63,081 nucleotides of DNA, filler included, from Craspedostauros australis (GCA_030167865.1; 10 parts of 10 records of this genome joined end to end with filler, not necessarily neighbours in it); one strand, 5' to 3'; shown: positions 50,058 to 62,410, counted from the first letter of the whole stretch. Numbers and translations: made by a program. Notes: generated by a model from the letters alone, not told the origin.

Positions 50058-51633
50058 GAAAGACTGCGCCAAATGTTCATGAAAGCGTGCACTCGATGTT
50101 CGCAGACCGTACAGACCCTTGTGAATGATGAGGGGTCGTCCAGCAAGGTTCCCGAATTCTGGGCCAGCGGTGACATAACAGCGCTCCTTTGTCTGTGCAT
50201 ACAAGAAGGCGTTTCCCACATCACCAGCACATACCTGAAGATCGTTCATGGCTGCAATGACGAATGCAATCCTCATGGTTTCAAAGGCGACAACCCCGGA
50301 GTAGACATCCTCGATGGTGGGATCTGACATGTTGCCGTTCGCAACAAGGCGGGCCTTGCGCCGTAGGTCAAACTTGACGTCGAAGATGATGTGGTACGGG
50401 ATGTGCTGGTATGTCGTCAAGTCATCGTCCTCGCGGGGTAAGCGGAATGTCTTGTAGTCATTGATTTGGCGAAGCTCCTTGTCAATTGCTTCCTTCCATT
50501 GATGGTCGCCATTCATTCGATCGAGGTAGAGGGCGTGTCGGACGTTGTTGGGAACAAGCACACCAAACTTGTATCGGTTCTTGGGTTTTGCGGATGGCTT
50601 GCTGGCTGCTTGTACCAAGACTGTGTCCATTTGAAATCGCGGGATCCATTGGAAAGGTGTGGTATGTTCCAGTCCCCATGACAGTGCGTACTGGACAAGT
50701 GCATATGGGTCCTGGAGTCGGACTTCATCCACATGATGCCATGACTGGCTGTTGTCGCGCCACTTCACACGTACCATGTCAGGATGTCGATGTGTCACAA
50801 CTGACTGGATCATGTTGTTCATGCTTGTGTTATCGGTGTCGCTCGTTGTTGCGGCGATGGCATCGAGGGCTGTCACAAGGTTCAGTTGGGCCATTTCGGT
50901 GTCGTTCAGTCCAGCACGGATGCGACGAGGTTGTGCATCACGGAGCATCATGGCATGTGAAGGTGTTGTGTTGACGGGGTAGAAGCGATTGCCATGACGG
51001 ATGCCTGTCCCTTGCTTCTGTGACACGCCAAGGAAGGTGTCTGGCCCAATTTGTACAGGCTGGTCGTACTGTGTTGCCGCCAGTGTAATCGCTTTGACCT
51101 GTGTCCGGGTCATTCTGGTCTTCCATGGTGTTGGGTCTCCACGATCCTGGATGCGTTGGGACGTCCGTCGTTGAGTTCCCCGAGGAGAGCGTGATGCATT
51201 GGGTTTGCGTGGAACAGAAAGAGCCGAAGGAACAGCAGGAACCCCCCCTTTCGCCGGTGATGGCCGCGAGGTCGAAGCCGGGGAAGACTGCGGAAGGACG
51301 GGATTGGAACGAGGCTCACCAAGGGGCAGACGGGAAGGTGGAGGCCGGTCTCGAGGAACACGGGCAGGTTTGCGGTATTGGAGAAGGCGACGGCTGGTAG
51401 GCATGCGTTGTGCGCCAAGAACGAGCGGCAACGGCGGTGGTGAGTGGTGGCGACCGGGATCGAGCTCGGGATGAAAGGAAAGGCGGTGGTTGGTTGCATT
51501 GGTGCGAAAGGGGCGCACGACGCTCCGCACAAGCACGCGTTGAGAGTGGTCCGTGAGTACGAAGTACGTCAGAGCATCCCCGCATGATGGAGCCACACCC
51601 AGCCAATATCCAGTCCGCTCTTTGGGGTCAGGG
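50058..51633 (-). mobile_element. Second copy of the same 1576-bp Copia pol fragment
   Basis: Same boundaries as 48382-49957. I see only two substitutions, one changing WRNN to WRDN. Confidence 0.93.
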
Positions 51634-51733
51634 NNNNNNNNNNNNNNNNNNNNNNNNNNNNNNNNNNNNNNNNNNNNTTAATTAATTAANNNNNNNNNNN
51701 NNNNNNNNNNNNNNNNNNNNNNNNNNNNNNNNN

Positions 51734-51904
51734 CAACAACCAGCACCAGTGCAACAACCAGCACCAGTGCAACAACCAGCACCAGTGCAACAACCAGCAC
51801 CAGTGCAACAACCAGCAGCATCAATCCCATGGCAGTCACAGCAGCAACCACAAGAATTCTACTGGCAACCACTACAAGCAGCAAACAACAGAGCTTTCTG
51901 GTAA
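51734..51904 (+). repeat. 18-bp tandem repeat (CAACAACCAGCACCAGTG)x4.7, probably the 3' end of a CDS encoding QQPAPV repeats
   Basis: The repeat starts at the contig edge, and the frame continues QQPAASIPWQ...NNRAFW to TAA at 51902-51904. Confidence 0.7.
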
Positions 51905-53065
51905 AACGATAGAACGAGGAGAATAGCAGGACTATAATCTAATGAATACCACCGCCAGCAGCCGTGAACAGGCTGGGGTGGCGGGGCCACGGCCAATGCG
52001 TCTCGTGTAGATTCTGCATTCTATTTTTGGTTGTTGATGATGGTGATGTTTGTGATTTTGTGACAGAGAACGTGTTGTTCTTGTGCGTGTCTTGTCTCAT
52101 GTTGTTTGCTCATGTTGCTTGTGTGTGATGGATTGGTGGGCATCCCTTTTTGTACGGTGTGAGTGCATGTTGTTTGTAACTGTTGGTTGGTGATGGGCGC
52201 CTGATTTTGTACGATGTTTGTCAGTGTTGTTGGTGCATGTTGTCTTCGTTACTTCTGGAAGTCTTTCCGTTTGCGCACGATAGCACCATGTTGTCACACT
52301 GGTTGATGGGAGGAGGAACTTGTTGGCCTTGTGATTTGCTTGTGCCATTGTCAAAGGTGATACTCAGCAATTACATACAGGTCAGGGCACCAAACACTAC
52401 ACTTACTACGCCAGCAGGGTGATCAATCCGTCAGGTGAAGTTGGTTGGTGTTTGGTTGTTGTTGTTGCTAATATTAGTTGTAGTCAATTGATGATTGATG
52501 AGATTTGTGAGAACAAGATCTCATTCATCCTAGGTTGGTGAATTCTTGCACTATTCCTACTATCTTGCCCGATTCCACCTTGGTTCATCATCGGGTCTTC
52601 CTACTGTTCTGCTCAATGCCATCGTGGTCCATCATGCATTATTTCTACTTTGTTGGCCAAGGTTGTCATCCTGTTTTGCGCAGTATCTCGTGTTATTTTT
52701 CCTCTTGGGTCTTTCTTCATCTCTGTCTGATCTTGTCTAGTCTTGGACTCTCATGGTGTCCATATATCTCAGCCTGTCGATGTCAGCAGGGTGCATGCAT
52801 CATCCCTGACATCATTGGACTATCTCCTATTTGTTGTCGTCACGTGCTCACTGATGCACTCGGCGTCACTAGACATGTCAGTATACCATGACTATCACAG
52901 AATCTTAATTCCTCGGATCTCAGTGTCTGATCCTCTGATGTCATCTCTGATGTCAGTTCCTATGTCAGTTCTGATGACAGTAGAGCCTGAACACCATTCA
53001 CATCATCAAGACTCATTCAACTATAATATCAATCGAGTCGAATCACGTTTCAGTCATGTGTGATG

Positions 53066-54183
53066 TTAGCCTAATTTCGATCTAGATGTTGACACGTTGC
53101 GACACGCGATGTGGATGGGCAAGAGGCCATCATGAGAAGGCAGGAGCAGATTTCTGCCAGCGTTGCGCGCAAGGTATTGGATGATATCCAACTTATCACG
53201 TCGACAGGTGAAGTGGAGTGCGCTCATTCCATCTGTTGGAAATCCGGGGTAACCCAGTCTCTAGTAGTAGTCTCCGGTTACCTATTCCTGTTGTTGCATT
53301 GTTGGAACTGTGAGTACAACATCTCCATCTCTTTCAATTCCATTTGCCATAGCATACATAATCCACAGTAGCACACAGTCTTGCCCTTGCTCATGTAGTG
53401 CTGTCTCCTGCTTCATCATGTCATGCATCATGCACTTCATGTACATCTCATCTTGCATTTCAGTAGTTTCATTTCGCTCTACGCTCATGCAGTATATCTC
53501 GTAGCCGTGTACGTACCTCACCATGGGTCTCATGACGATCGATCCCACATCATCGTCAATTCCTCAGTATTCCTCTCACGCGACCATCATGTCACCTGCC
53601 GCGTCGCCATTCGTGCTCTTGGGTGACTAAGGGATCGCCTCCGTTTCTCCTTCTCACCGTTTCTCCCTTTCAGGTGACTCCGAAGTGTCTCTGTCCGTAG
53701 GGGCGCATCGACTTGGTTGGGATTTATTGTTCGCGTCGTCCATAGTTGTTGGCCCATGCGCGGATGCATCCCTAGTGGTAAAATCATAGGTTCGCCCTCA
53801 CTTCCATGACGGACCATGGACAGACCCTGTGATGCAAGACACGATTGGTTGCGTGAGGTGGGACAGGCAATAAGGTTGTCCGAGTGTGATCAACAATGTT
53901 GAATCCATTGAGTCGTGAAGATATATTGAGAGGTGCGGCAATCATGGGTATCTTGACAAAGTCGTACCCCCGATTCCTGACATCCATCTTTGGAAAGGGC
54001 ATCGACGTCAACACCGCGTTGTTTAACCAGGAATCGACCGACATTGAGCGTGCCAGAGCAGCATGCCTTCTGGAACAAGGATCTGCGACTGCTGTCAACA
54101 AGTTTGTTGACATCAGGGTTGCCTGCATCTTTCAGATGGTCCTCTATCAATGGAACAACTCCCACAATGACTGCATGGAACAA
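53066..54183 (-). pseudogene. Ankyrin-repeat gene remnant split by a 749-bp insertion
   Basis: Removing 53234-53982 and one TCCATC restores the frame SLFQKACCSGTLNVGRFLVKQRGVDVDALSKDG-MSALHFTCRRDKLDIIQYLARNAG...DGLLPIHIAC. Confidence 0.8.
53234..53982. mobile_element. Non-coding 749-bp element with TGT...ACA ends, imperfect 18-bp inverted termini and 6-bp TSD (TCCATC)
   Basis: TCCATC at 53228-53233 and 53983-53988. The left end TGTTGGAAATCCGGGGTA matches the reverse complement of the right end, TGTCAGGAATCGGGGGTA, at 14/18 positions. Confidence 0.88.
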
Positions 54184-54305
54184 CCCATCTACTATGGGAC
54201 AGGAGGAGTGGCTTGGCAGGCCTTGTGTTTTGGATATGGTGGAAGCAGTGGAACAAATGAAGCAGTCAAACTCAGCTGTTGTGGATACAGCAAGGAGTCA
54301 GAAAT

Positions 54306-54751
54306 TGTTAGACTTGAGGAATTGGTTGTAGCTTAGGAAGAACGCGTCCTTCTGCGATTGATCAGGTCGAGAAGGTGGCATTCACTGGAAGTCTGATGGA
54401 AACTCAAATGTTACTACAAACTTAAGAGTTGTGAGCTTAATCTCTGACCTCGGTTCATGTCCATGCCTCTGCTCTTGCATTCCTCTGTTCTGCAAGCATC
54501 GGATAGGATCCTTAGATCTCTTCAAGTTCAACTTGTTTGGGTCAGTAGCTATCTCACAGTATCGTTCTTGTATCGTGGTACCTTGTCTCTGGTACCCAGT
54601 ACCTAGGTACTTCTTCATTTTCGTTTCTTGTCGAGCTATTCGCTTGTAATGTGACCATTTCATGGTTCGTGTTGGTTCAGGATACGGTTCATACACACAA
54701 CTAAGCTGGCACACGAGAGAGAGCTGTGCGGAATAAAGAATAATGCTAATA
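54306..54751. mobile_element. Solo LTR, 446 bp, TGTTAG...CTAATA, 5-bp TSD GAAAT
   Basis: GAAAT at 54301-54305 and 54752-54756. A second copy lies at 23659-24104. Confidence 0.88.
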
Positions 54752-55696
54752 GAAATGAAATCGAAACCAGCTCACACAGATGATTGACCACAAAATCATA
54801 CACATACGCAGCCAAAGTCATTGTCAATGCCAATACCAGTGACAAGAACAGCAACAATGGTGATAGTGATGATGGTGAGAAATCAAGACATTGAGGTCAG
54901 GTCCATGGATTGACGTACAGCAACTAAATGCAGCAATCAGATGAAACCAACACAGAATCATTGCATTTCATGAATGGCATCACTTCAAAGACAGATAGCA
55001 ATGCATCCACACATGGACTGTCTTACAAGAGGCTTGGATTGAATACGACTCTGAATGGTGATCATGGAGGAATGAACAGGGAGGAAGAAATGGGCACACG
55101 AACTCGCGAGCAGTATTCCAATCAGACACAAGGAAACGATGCGAGAACAGTGACCAGCAACTACGAGATGAAGAGACACAGACACAACAAGATGCCAATG
55201 GAGATGAAAGAACAAGAATGCAAAGAGCAACCTGTGAACGGAAGTGCCAGAGAGGCACGTGAGTATGTTGTAGGTTGCGTGGTCTAGAGTGCGTGTCCAG
55301 TGTGCGAAGTGCACCGGAGTTTCACCAGGTCGTGACTGTGGGTGGACTGATTTGCACAAGATCATGTGAGTGAAGGAGAACATGCCAGGAGATGACACAG
55401 ACAGCGACGAAATGAGGGTTGGACACAACCATGGTACCAACTGCGATGGTATCGCATGAACTCTACACTCTCTAAGCATGTACTATCAGGGTCCGTCGGG
55501 TGTGCTTCTATTGGTTCTACTGCAAATGAATTGCATGAATTAATATTTCTCCCGCAGCTTCTGATAGTGGCTGAATGACAAAAACAGAGTGTGCCGTGCC
55601 GATCGGAGTAGTCGAAATTCGCAATATGGATAATTCTGTTTGAATTTTCGAATCGTGATTGGATATCGCTACTTTTATGGATTTACACTGTCCCCC

Positions 55697-55824
55697 TGTC
55701 AGGAATCGGGGGTACGACTTTGCAAAGATACCGTATTCTGCCGCAGCTCCCATGAGGACTGACTGGAACCGGAATGGTATTAAGTGCAAAGATACCCACG
55801 ATTGCCGCAACCCCCAATAGCATC
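55697..55824 (-). mobile_element. Third terminus of the TGT...ACA element family, opposite orientation, cut by a gap
   Basis: Begins TGTCAGGAATCGGGGGTACGACTTTG, the exact reverse complement of 53957-53982. Confidence 0.82.
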
Positions 55825-55924
55825 NNNNNNNNNNNNNNNNNNNNNNNNNNNNNNNNNNNNNNNNNNNNTTAATTAATTAANNNNNNNNNNNNNNNNNNNN
55901 NNNNNNNNNNNNNNNNNNNNNNNN

Positions 55925-56073
55925 CGATGACCGAAGGGCATCAGCATCATGGATACAGAAGGTGAACTTCAAATGGCGAGTACTCATGGAGTAGGAGCCA
56001 GTACTGAACGAACGGAGTTTCAAATGCAGAGTATGCATCGAACATGGAGTATCGTGCGCGACGAGCACATGAT

Positions 56074-56107
<34 letters not shown>

Positions 56108-58977
56108 CAGAGAGGAGCGAGAGAGCATCTCGCGTACCGACTCATAGTCAGAGACCAAATCTACGAAACAGATTGAAGCACCGAGAGCATCGTGCAAGAG
56201 AACTGGTGTACACTGAGAGGATCGGAGTAGCCAAGTAATGAAATAGCAAACGAACAACTATCAACCAACACCATCTTCCACGATCGTAGGTTACCAATCA
56301 CGAAACTTGCCAACACGTTTATAAACAATAGATCAGGGCGAGCCCGTGGATCGGATCATGCGAGGAAGACGAACATCATTCAAGAGCTGCAGGCTGAATG
56401 AGCGAGGAAGAGGAATTGAAAGACATCCCTCTGTCCCAACTGGCTATCAAGCAAGAAGAAGATGCGAGTTAGGCTCGACTTCAAGAACAGAAGGAAGCAG
56501 CCGCGGCTACTCTCCTATCAGGTGCAGAGGCAAGCACAATCGACGAGACCGAAGAGGAACGATCTGCGAGACTACATCACGAGGAGAAGAGCATTCTCAA
56601 GGCGAGCAAGCAAGAGGAGACTGGTGTGACGGAGAGCATTCGCACAGCCAAACGAAGTGGTAAAAGTGAGACACCACCAGGAGGAGAATTTGTGATGAAA
56701 ACAATCTCCGCGAAACTACAAGCGAAAAACGAAGAATCGACAACACAGAAACAGACGGAAATCAAGGGCGCGAGCGCACCAACAACGAAACAACAAGACA
56801 AGATGGCGACATCAGCCAACATGAACAAGCGGCATATCAAGGCGCCGATGTTCAGCGGTGAACAGGAAGACTACAGCGCATGGGAGTCCCAAGCGAAGGC
56901 ATACGCTCGTGCACAGAAGACGAGAGACGTGATGTTGGGCAAGACCAAGGTGCCAACAGTGAGCGAGATCGCGGCAGCCGCTGGCGATGACAAGGAAGCG
57001 ATGGAGGAAATCTACGAGCTGGGATGCGACTGCTTCAGCGATCTAATCCTCATGATGGATGCAGAGAAAGGAAAAGGCAAGCAGGCCATCCAGTACATCA
57101 ACCAATGCGTCTCCGACGATTACCCCGAAGGAGACCCACACGCAGCGTGGAACGTTCTCGCGGAGAAGTTCCGTCCATCCGATGCAGCAACGAAGATCAA
57201 GCTCAAACATCAATTCAACAACAAAAAGATGAAGAGAGACACGGACCCCGACATCTACATCACGCGACTTGAGGGTCTACGCTCGCGTCTCCACGATGTC
57301 AAGTACGAGATCACAGACGAGGAGATGATCATGCAAATCCTCAGCACGGTGAGCAGTGAATACAAAACTCACATCGTGAACTTCCAACACCAACTCACGT
57401 TCAGTCCAGATGTAGTCACCATCAACGCAATCAGAGGAGTACTCCGCACAGCACACGCTACTCATCAAGGAGGAAAGGCGTACGTTGACGACTTTCAAGA
57501 CAGCAACATGAAGAGCAACGACACCGGCTTCACAAGCACCGGTAACTTCAAGGGGACCTACCACAACTGTGGTGTGTATGGTCACAGATCCGCCGATTGC
57601 CCAGAACGCAAGAAAAACAACAACAACAACAAAATGAACGGAAAGCGCAACAAGGGAAGCGGCTTCAAGGGCAAATGCAACTACTGTGGCATCTTCGGAC
57701 ATCGCGAGGCGGAGTGCCGAAAGAAGAAGTTCAACGATAACAAGAAGGCCAACGAACAGGCCAACACGGCAACGGAAGGACACGACAAGAGCGGGCACGA
57801 GATGGTACTCTCGGCGAAAGACATGCTGCTCTGCATGTTGGTGTCCGATGACTACATCGAAGACTCCTTCTTCGATAACTTCGAATGCGTCAGGAGTGAC
57901 GACGAAGTGCAGGACGATGAGATCGTCCTGGAGTGGCTCAGCGAAGAGCCCATCATCCACGAGGTGGATCCAAGACGCGAAGTGAGCTACGAGTGCTGCT
58001 TCAACGCGAACAACCTGATTGGTCCATACGGCGACGGAGCTGAGATGGGCAACAAGGCCATTGACATCGACATCGAGGAGGCCATGAGTGCAGAGGAAGA
58101 CAACGCCAACAAAGACGGCGCGAATCAAGACAACGACGACGTCTCCGGAGATGAGACGAATGGCGGCGAGGTGCCGCCTCCTCCAGCAGCAGGAAATGAG
58201 AGAGTGGGCATCTTCGATGAAGATGACAGTGACAAAGCCGAAGGTCGTCCGAGCAACACCTTCAATCCCCACAAACATGTCGTCTATCCAATCAGAATCC
58301 AATTCCCAGCGGAACCAAACCCAAGAAGAGTCGACGACATCTACCAACTCGACACATTCCCAAATCCAACGGTTACTGCAAAGAGAATGCAGAAGCAACT
58401 CATCTACAATGCAGTACTCACAACTGCACTGCCAATGTTCCTAGGGTTCGTGAGCAAACCATTGAGATACACATGGGTGAACATGGTGGGCACCATCCTG
58501 TCCAAGAACTTCAAATCGATTGAAGTGATCCTTGCCAACGCAGCCATCCTCAACCGACTATTGGAGGCAGCAGAAGAGGAACCATTTTCGGAATTGGATC
58601 TACACTACATCCTTGGAGGATGCATGTAGGTGCTCCTGCGCGAGCGACCACATGTTGTACCATACGACACAGTGACCGGAGTTCATCGAAACAGCACGGT
58701 TCCATCGGACTTCGCAGAACTACCCAGTGACGATGACATGGATGACGAAGACCACCATCCATAAAACGAAGATGGAGTCCACAAAGATGAAGAGGAAGGA
58801 AGCTTCAATGATGAAATAGCTGCAGCCGCCGTGGAGCAGCTCCACGAACTGAGCACCAAGTACAAGGACAAGGTCAACAAGGACACCTGGGGCAAGTGCG
58901 GGAAACTCAATACTGTCTGGCCGCTGTACGTTATTAGCTCCAGCCAATGCCTAGCCCAGAAAGAAGCATGCCAATAG
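55925..58977 (+). mobile_element. Degenerate Copia-type retrotransposon: possible 5' LTR remnant, gag ORF 56803-58629 with two zinc knuckles, no recognisable pol
   Basis: PMFSGEQEDYSAW, GDPHAAWNVLAEKF, DPDIYITRLE (Copia gag). Knuckles YHNCGVYGHRSADC (degenerate) and CNYCGIFGHREAEC. In-frame stops at 58627 and 58762. LTR and PBS boundaries are uncertain (near 56315-56340). Confidence 0.8.
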
Positions 58978-59522
58978 AACTTGGAGAAAACAGCCACGAA
59001 CGAAAACCTTTTTCTTACAATGATGTAATGTGATACGGTGTATTGTTGTTGGTGGAGATGTAAGCTCAATCCATGATGTGTTGTTGGATAGTTGGACGCT
59101 GCGTGCAAGATCATGTTTGGTTCCAACAACAACGAACACAGGAAACAATCGCAGATGAACAAAAGGAAGAGAAGGGACGGAGAAACAAAGAAAAACGAGG
59201 AAGGAAACTCAATTCTCGGAGGTGTTCGCATCCGCTCCCGTCCTTTGGCCGCACACGTGCGCCACAACGCATGGGGGGTAGGGGGTCCATGCGTCCTGAA
59301 ACATGGTGCCAAGGCGGTGCGTTGTGACGACCAAAAAAACTCATGAGGGATATCCTATTGTGTGTTGATCCATCCGTTGGAAATGACAAGTCAAGAAGTC
59401 TCAAATCAAAAGGTCTTTGCTGTTGCCGTTGGCTTCGATCAGAAATACGGACACACAAGCTCACATCATCGTCATCGTTATCGCTATCGTTGTCGCTATC
59501 GCTATCGCCTCCTCTGCGAACC

Positions 59523-60634
59523 ATGGCCGTCATCGGTTTGAAGGGCAAACGCCAGGGAGCCTCAGGCTCCACTTCACCCACCTCGATGGTGATGATCTCC
59601 ATCCTCATCGGCATCGTCTTGCTGCAATTCTGTTTCCCCATGAGAAATGATGACATCCAGTCCGTGGATAAGGCAGTCGCCAGTCAGGCGAGGGTCGTCG
59701 GCCAGTCAGCTGTCGAGGTACCGTACGATCCTTTGGCGATCCCAGCAGGCCGCGCGCAACCGTTGCCGTCCATTCGAACCACCAAAGAGGAAGAGCAACA
59801 AATAGTTCGCAAGCAATACGGAGGTAAAGGTACGACGAATTGGCGCGAGAGTTGTTGGATTGGAGACTGGAGGTTTGGATGGATGGATGGATGGATGGAT
59901 GAGTGTACGAATGTATGAATGCATGGATGCACACGTGGGTGCTTGGGTGGATGCAGGGATGATGTTCAAATCGAAGTTGCTGCTCTACGATTTTAGGTAT
60001 GCTGGATGGAGTTTGCCTTTCCTCCTGAGTTCAGGACAGCAAATGTCGTGGTGTGCTATGTTGATGTGTCCTCTCTTGTTGTGCTCCGCCACCCAACTTC
60101 TCCTTCAACTCACGCCTCTCTCCAACTCTCCTTGATGCTTCGTGCAATTCACTTTCTGTTGCCTCGCCATGCCTCGCAATGCCTCACTGATGTCCATCAT
60201 CTTTTTTCCGATCAGGCGACAAAGCACATCTCGGTGGATTCACAGAGCTCGATCTCATGGGAGTGTCACCAAGAACATGGAAGTTCATGATCGAGTACAT
60301 GGGAATCAAAAGCATGGTGGATGTGGGTTGTGGAAAGGGGACCAGCACGAGCTGGTTCCATGATCATGGCGTGGATGCGTTGTGCGTGGAGGGATCGCAT
60401 GATGCCGTCCTAGCCAACGTGCTTCCAAACAAAGACACGCATCTCGTGGAGCACGACTTCTCGCGTGGTCCGTACTGGCCAGATAAGTTGTACGATGCCG
60501 TGTGGGCAGTTGAGTTTCTGGAACACGTTGGCAGGAACTATCAACACAATTACATTCCCATCTTCCGCAAGGCCGCTTACTTGTTCGTGACTCATTCGAC
60601 GTGGTCGGGATGGCACCATGTGGAAGTGCATGAC
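59523..60634 (+). CDS. SAM-dependent methyltransferase-like type II membrane protein; exons 59523-59829 and 60216->60634 (cut by gap)
   Basis: TM helix MVMISILIGIVLLQF. Intron 59830-60215 joins YGGKG-DKAHLGGF. Motif I MVDVGCGKG and YDAVWAVEFLEHV are present. Confidence 0.85.
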
Positions 60635-62170
60635 NNNNNNNNNNNNNNNNNNNNNNNNNNNNNNNNNNNNNNNNNNNNTTAATTAATTAANNNNNNNNNN
60701 NNNNNNNNNNNNNNNNNNNNNNNNNNNNNNNNNNGACGCATACGACATCGATAAGACTCATAATCTGCATCTTTACTCTTTTTCACTCTAAATCAGTTTC
60801 ACGTGTGTCGTAACTTGGCAGATTCACCCCACCAGAATTCTGTCTCCATTCTCACCCACATGCTTCGTGCGCGAGCCAAGAACTGCTCCCAAAGAGAGCG
60901 CCGCCCTAGGGGACAAAACGGAACGTGTGGACACGGCACCCAACAAAAGTTCGCAGGGACTGACTAGTTGCTGCAGACACGTGGAAAGCTGCGAAATCGC
61001 AGCACGAAAGGAAATAGAAATGTCACAGCATTCTCGCGCTCACCACGGGCCTGTGGCCCAAGTGACGAAACGCTCCGCGAAGCGGGAGAGAGGGAGAGGG
61101 AGAAGTTGGTTCTGCGAGTCTTCTCTTCCTTGGAACGCTCCCAATACTTGTGGAACTTCATCAGTGATGCAGATAACCTCTTCGAACTTGGAGCTGTACG
61201 CGTATGCACAAGCACGGATGTCGCCCGACAATGTTGCGAATTCGTTCAAGACGAGTGCATACGACCCCATTCAGGATACGAGAGTATACAAATGCGGATT
61301 TTTAATATTTTGACTTAAACCATCCTATTATGTTGCAGATAGTATATGGGCTAAGTTACAAGCTTCTGGGCCTTGTAGTTAAAAAGTTTATATTTTTCGC
61401 ATTAGTCTACAACTAAACACGTGAGGCATGCGAACGTAGAGGAGCAACTTGGATTCGAAATTCTCAGTCGTGCTTCGACCAATGTCCAGTCGTGTCCTTC
61501 ATCGACACACTCACATTTCGCGTGGGTGAGGCGGGTTGTTGCGAAACAATGTCGAGGATTGGGCAGTGGCAGTAGGCATGCTGAAGTTGCTGCTTTATCT
61601 GGGTTGTGGATCAGTTGTCAAGATCCAGAGTTGTGGGTTGGTGTGTAATCCAAAGCCTGACCCCCACCAAGACTGTCACACTGCCTTGTTCTCGGTTCTG
61701 CCACCGTTCATGGCCCAACAGGTTGAGCTTCGTCCACGTCCCATTCAGCACACATTGCCTTCCCTCCATGTACCCACTCAATTGTACAGCCTTGTCCTTG
61801 CTTCAGGTCTATTCCCTGCCTGTGTGCTTGGACCTCCTCTCTGCTGGTCGTCGCGAACAGTCATTGTTGGCTTCTGGNNNNNNNNNNNNNNNNNNNNNNN
61901 NNNNNNNNNNNNNNNNNNNNNTTAATTAATTAANNNNNNNNNNNNNNNNNNNNNNNNNNNNNNNNNNNNNNNNNNNNGATGTGGATGCAGGATTGTTGGT
62001 TGGAAGGATGACGCGAACAGTGAAGCAAGACAACAGAATATGAGAATAATATGTGAGAATAGAATGCAATGTTGTTCTGTGTGTGAGGAGCGCGATGCAT
62101 ACACTGGAATACTTGCAGAGCTTCTTCAGCTCGTTCGTGCAGTGTACTGCGCATTGCGCATTGTACGTAC

Positions 62171-62410
62171 CTTGGAATCCTTCCACAGATTGAAGAGNNN
62201 NNNNNNNNNNNNNNNNNNNNNNNNNNNNNNNNNNNNNNNNNNNNNNNNNNNNNNNNNNNNNNNGACGTCCACGATGCTTTTGTCGGATCTGGTCTTGGGC
62301 TTCGTAAGACTGCCGAGCGTGTTGAGGCACATGTCGTTGGCCCTGGAGCCAAATCTCATGGAAGATTTGCTATCCTCATCCTCCACCGAGATGGAGGGAT
62401 CGTCTGCCAT
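62171..62410 (-). CDS. Possible first exon of an unknown gene (contains an N gap)
   Basis: ATG at 62410 (MADDPSIS...), frame preserved across 66 Ns, and an AAG|GTACGT donor at 62170. Confidence 0.35.

Noticed and set aside
51734..51820. CRISPR-like array
   Set aside because: Head-to-tail repeat with no spacers, and no cas genes.
56329..56339. TAGATCAGGGC as a tRNA-iMet primer-binding site
   Set aside because: Only a degenerate match to TGGTATCAGAGC, and no second LTR is available to confirm the boundary.
60799..61424. Possible MITE bounded by TCACGTGT/ACACGTGA
   Set aside because: Only an 8-bp match built on a palindrome, with no independent TSD and no second copy in the window.
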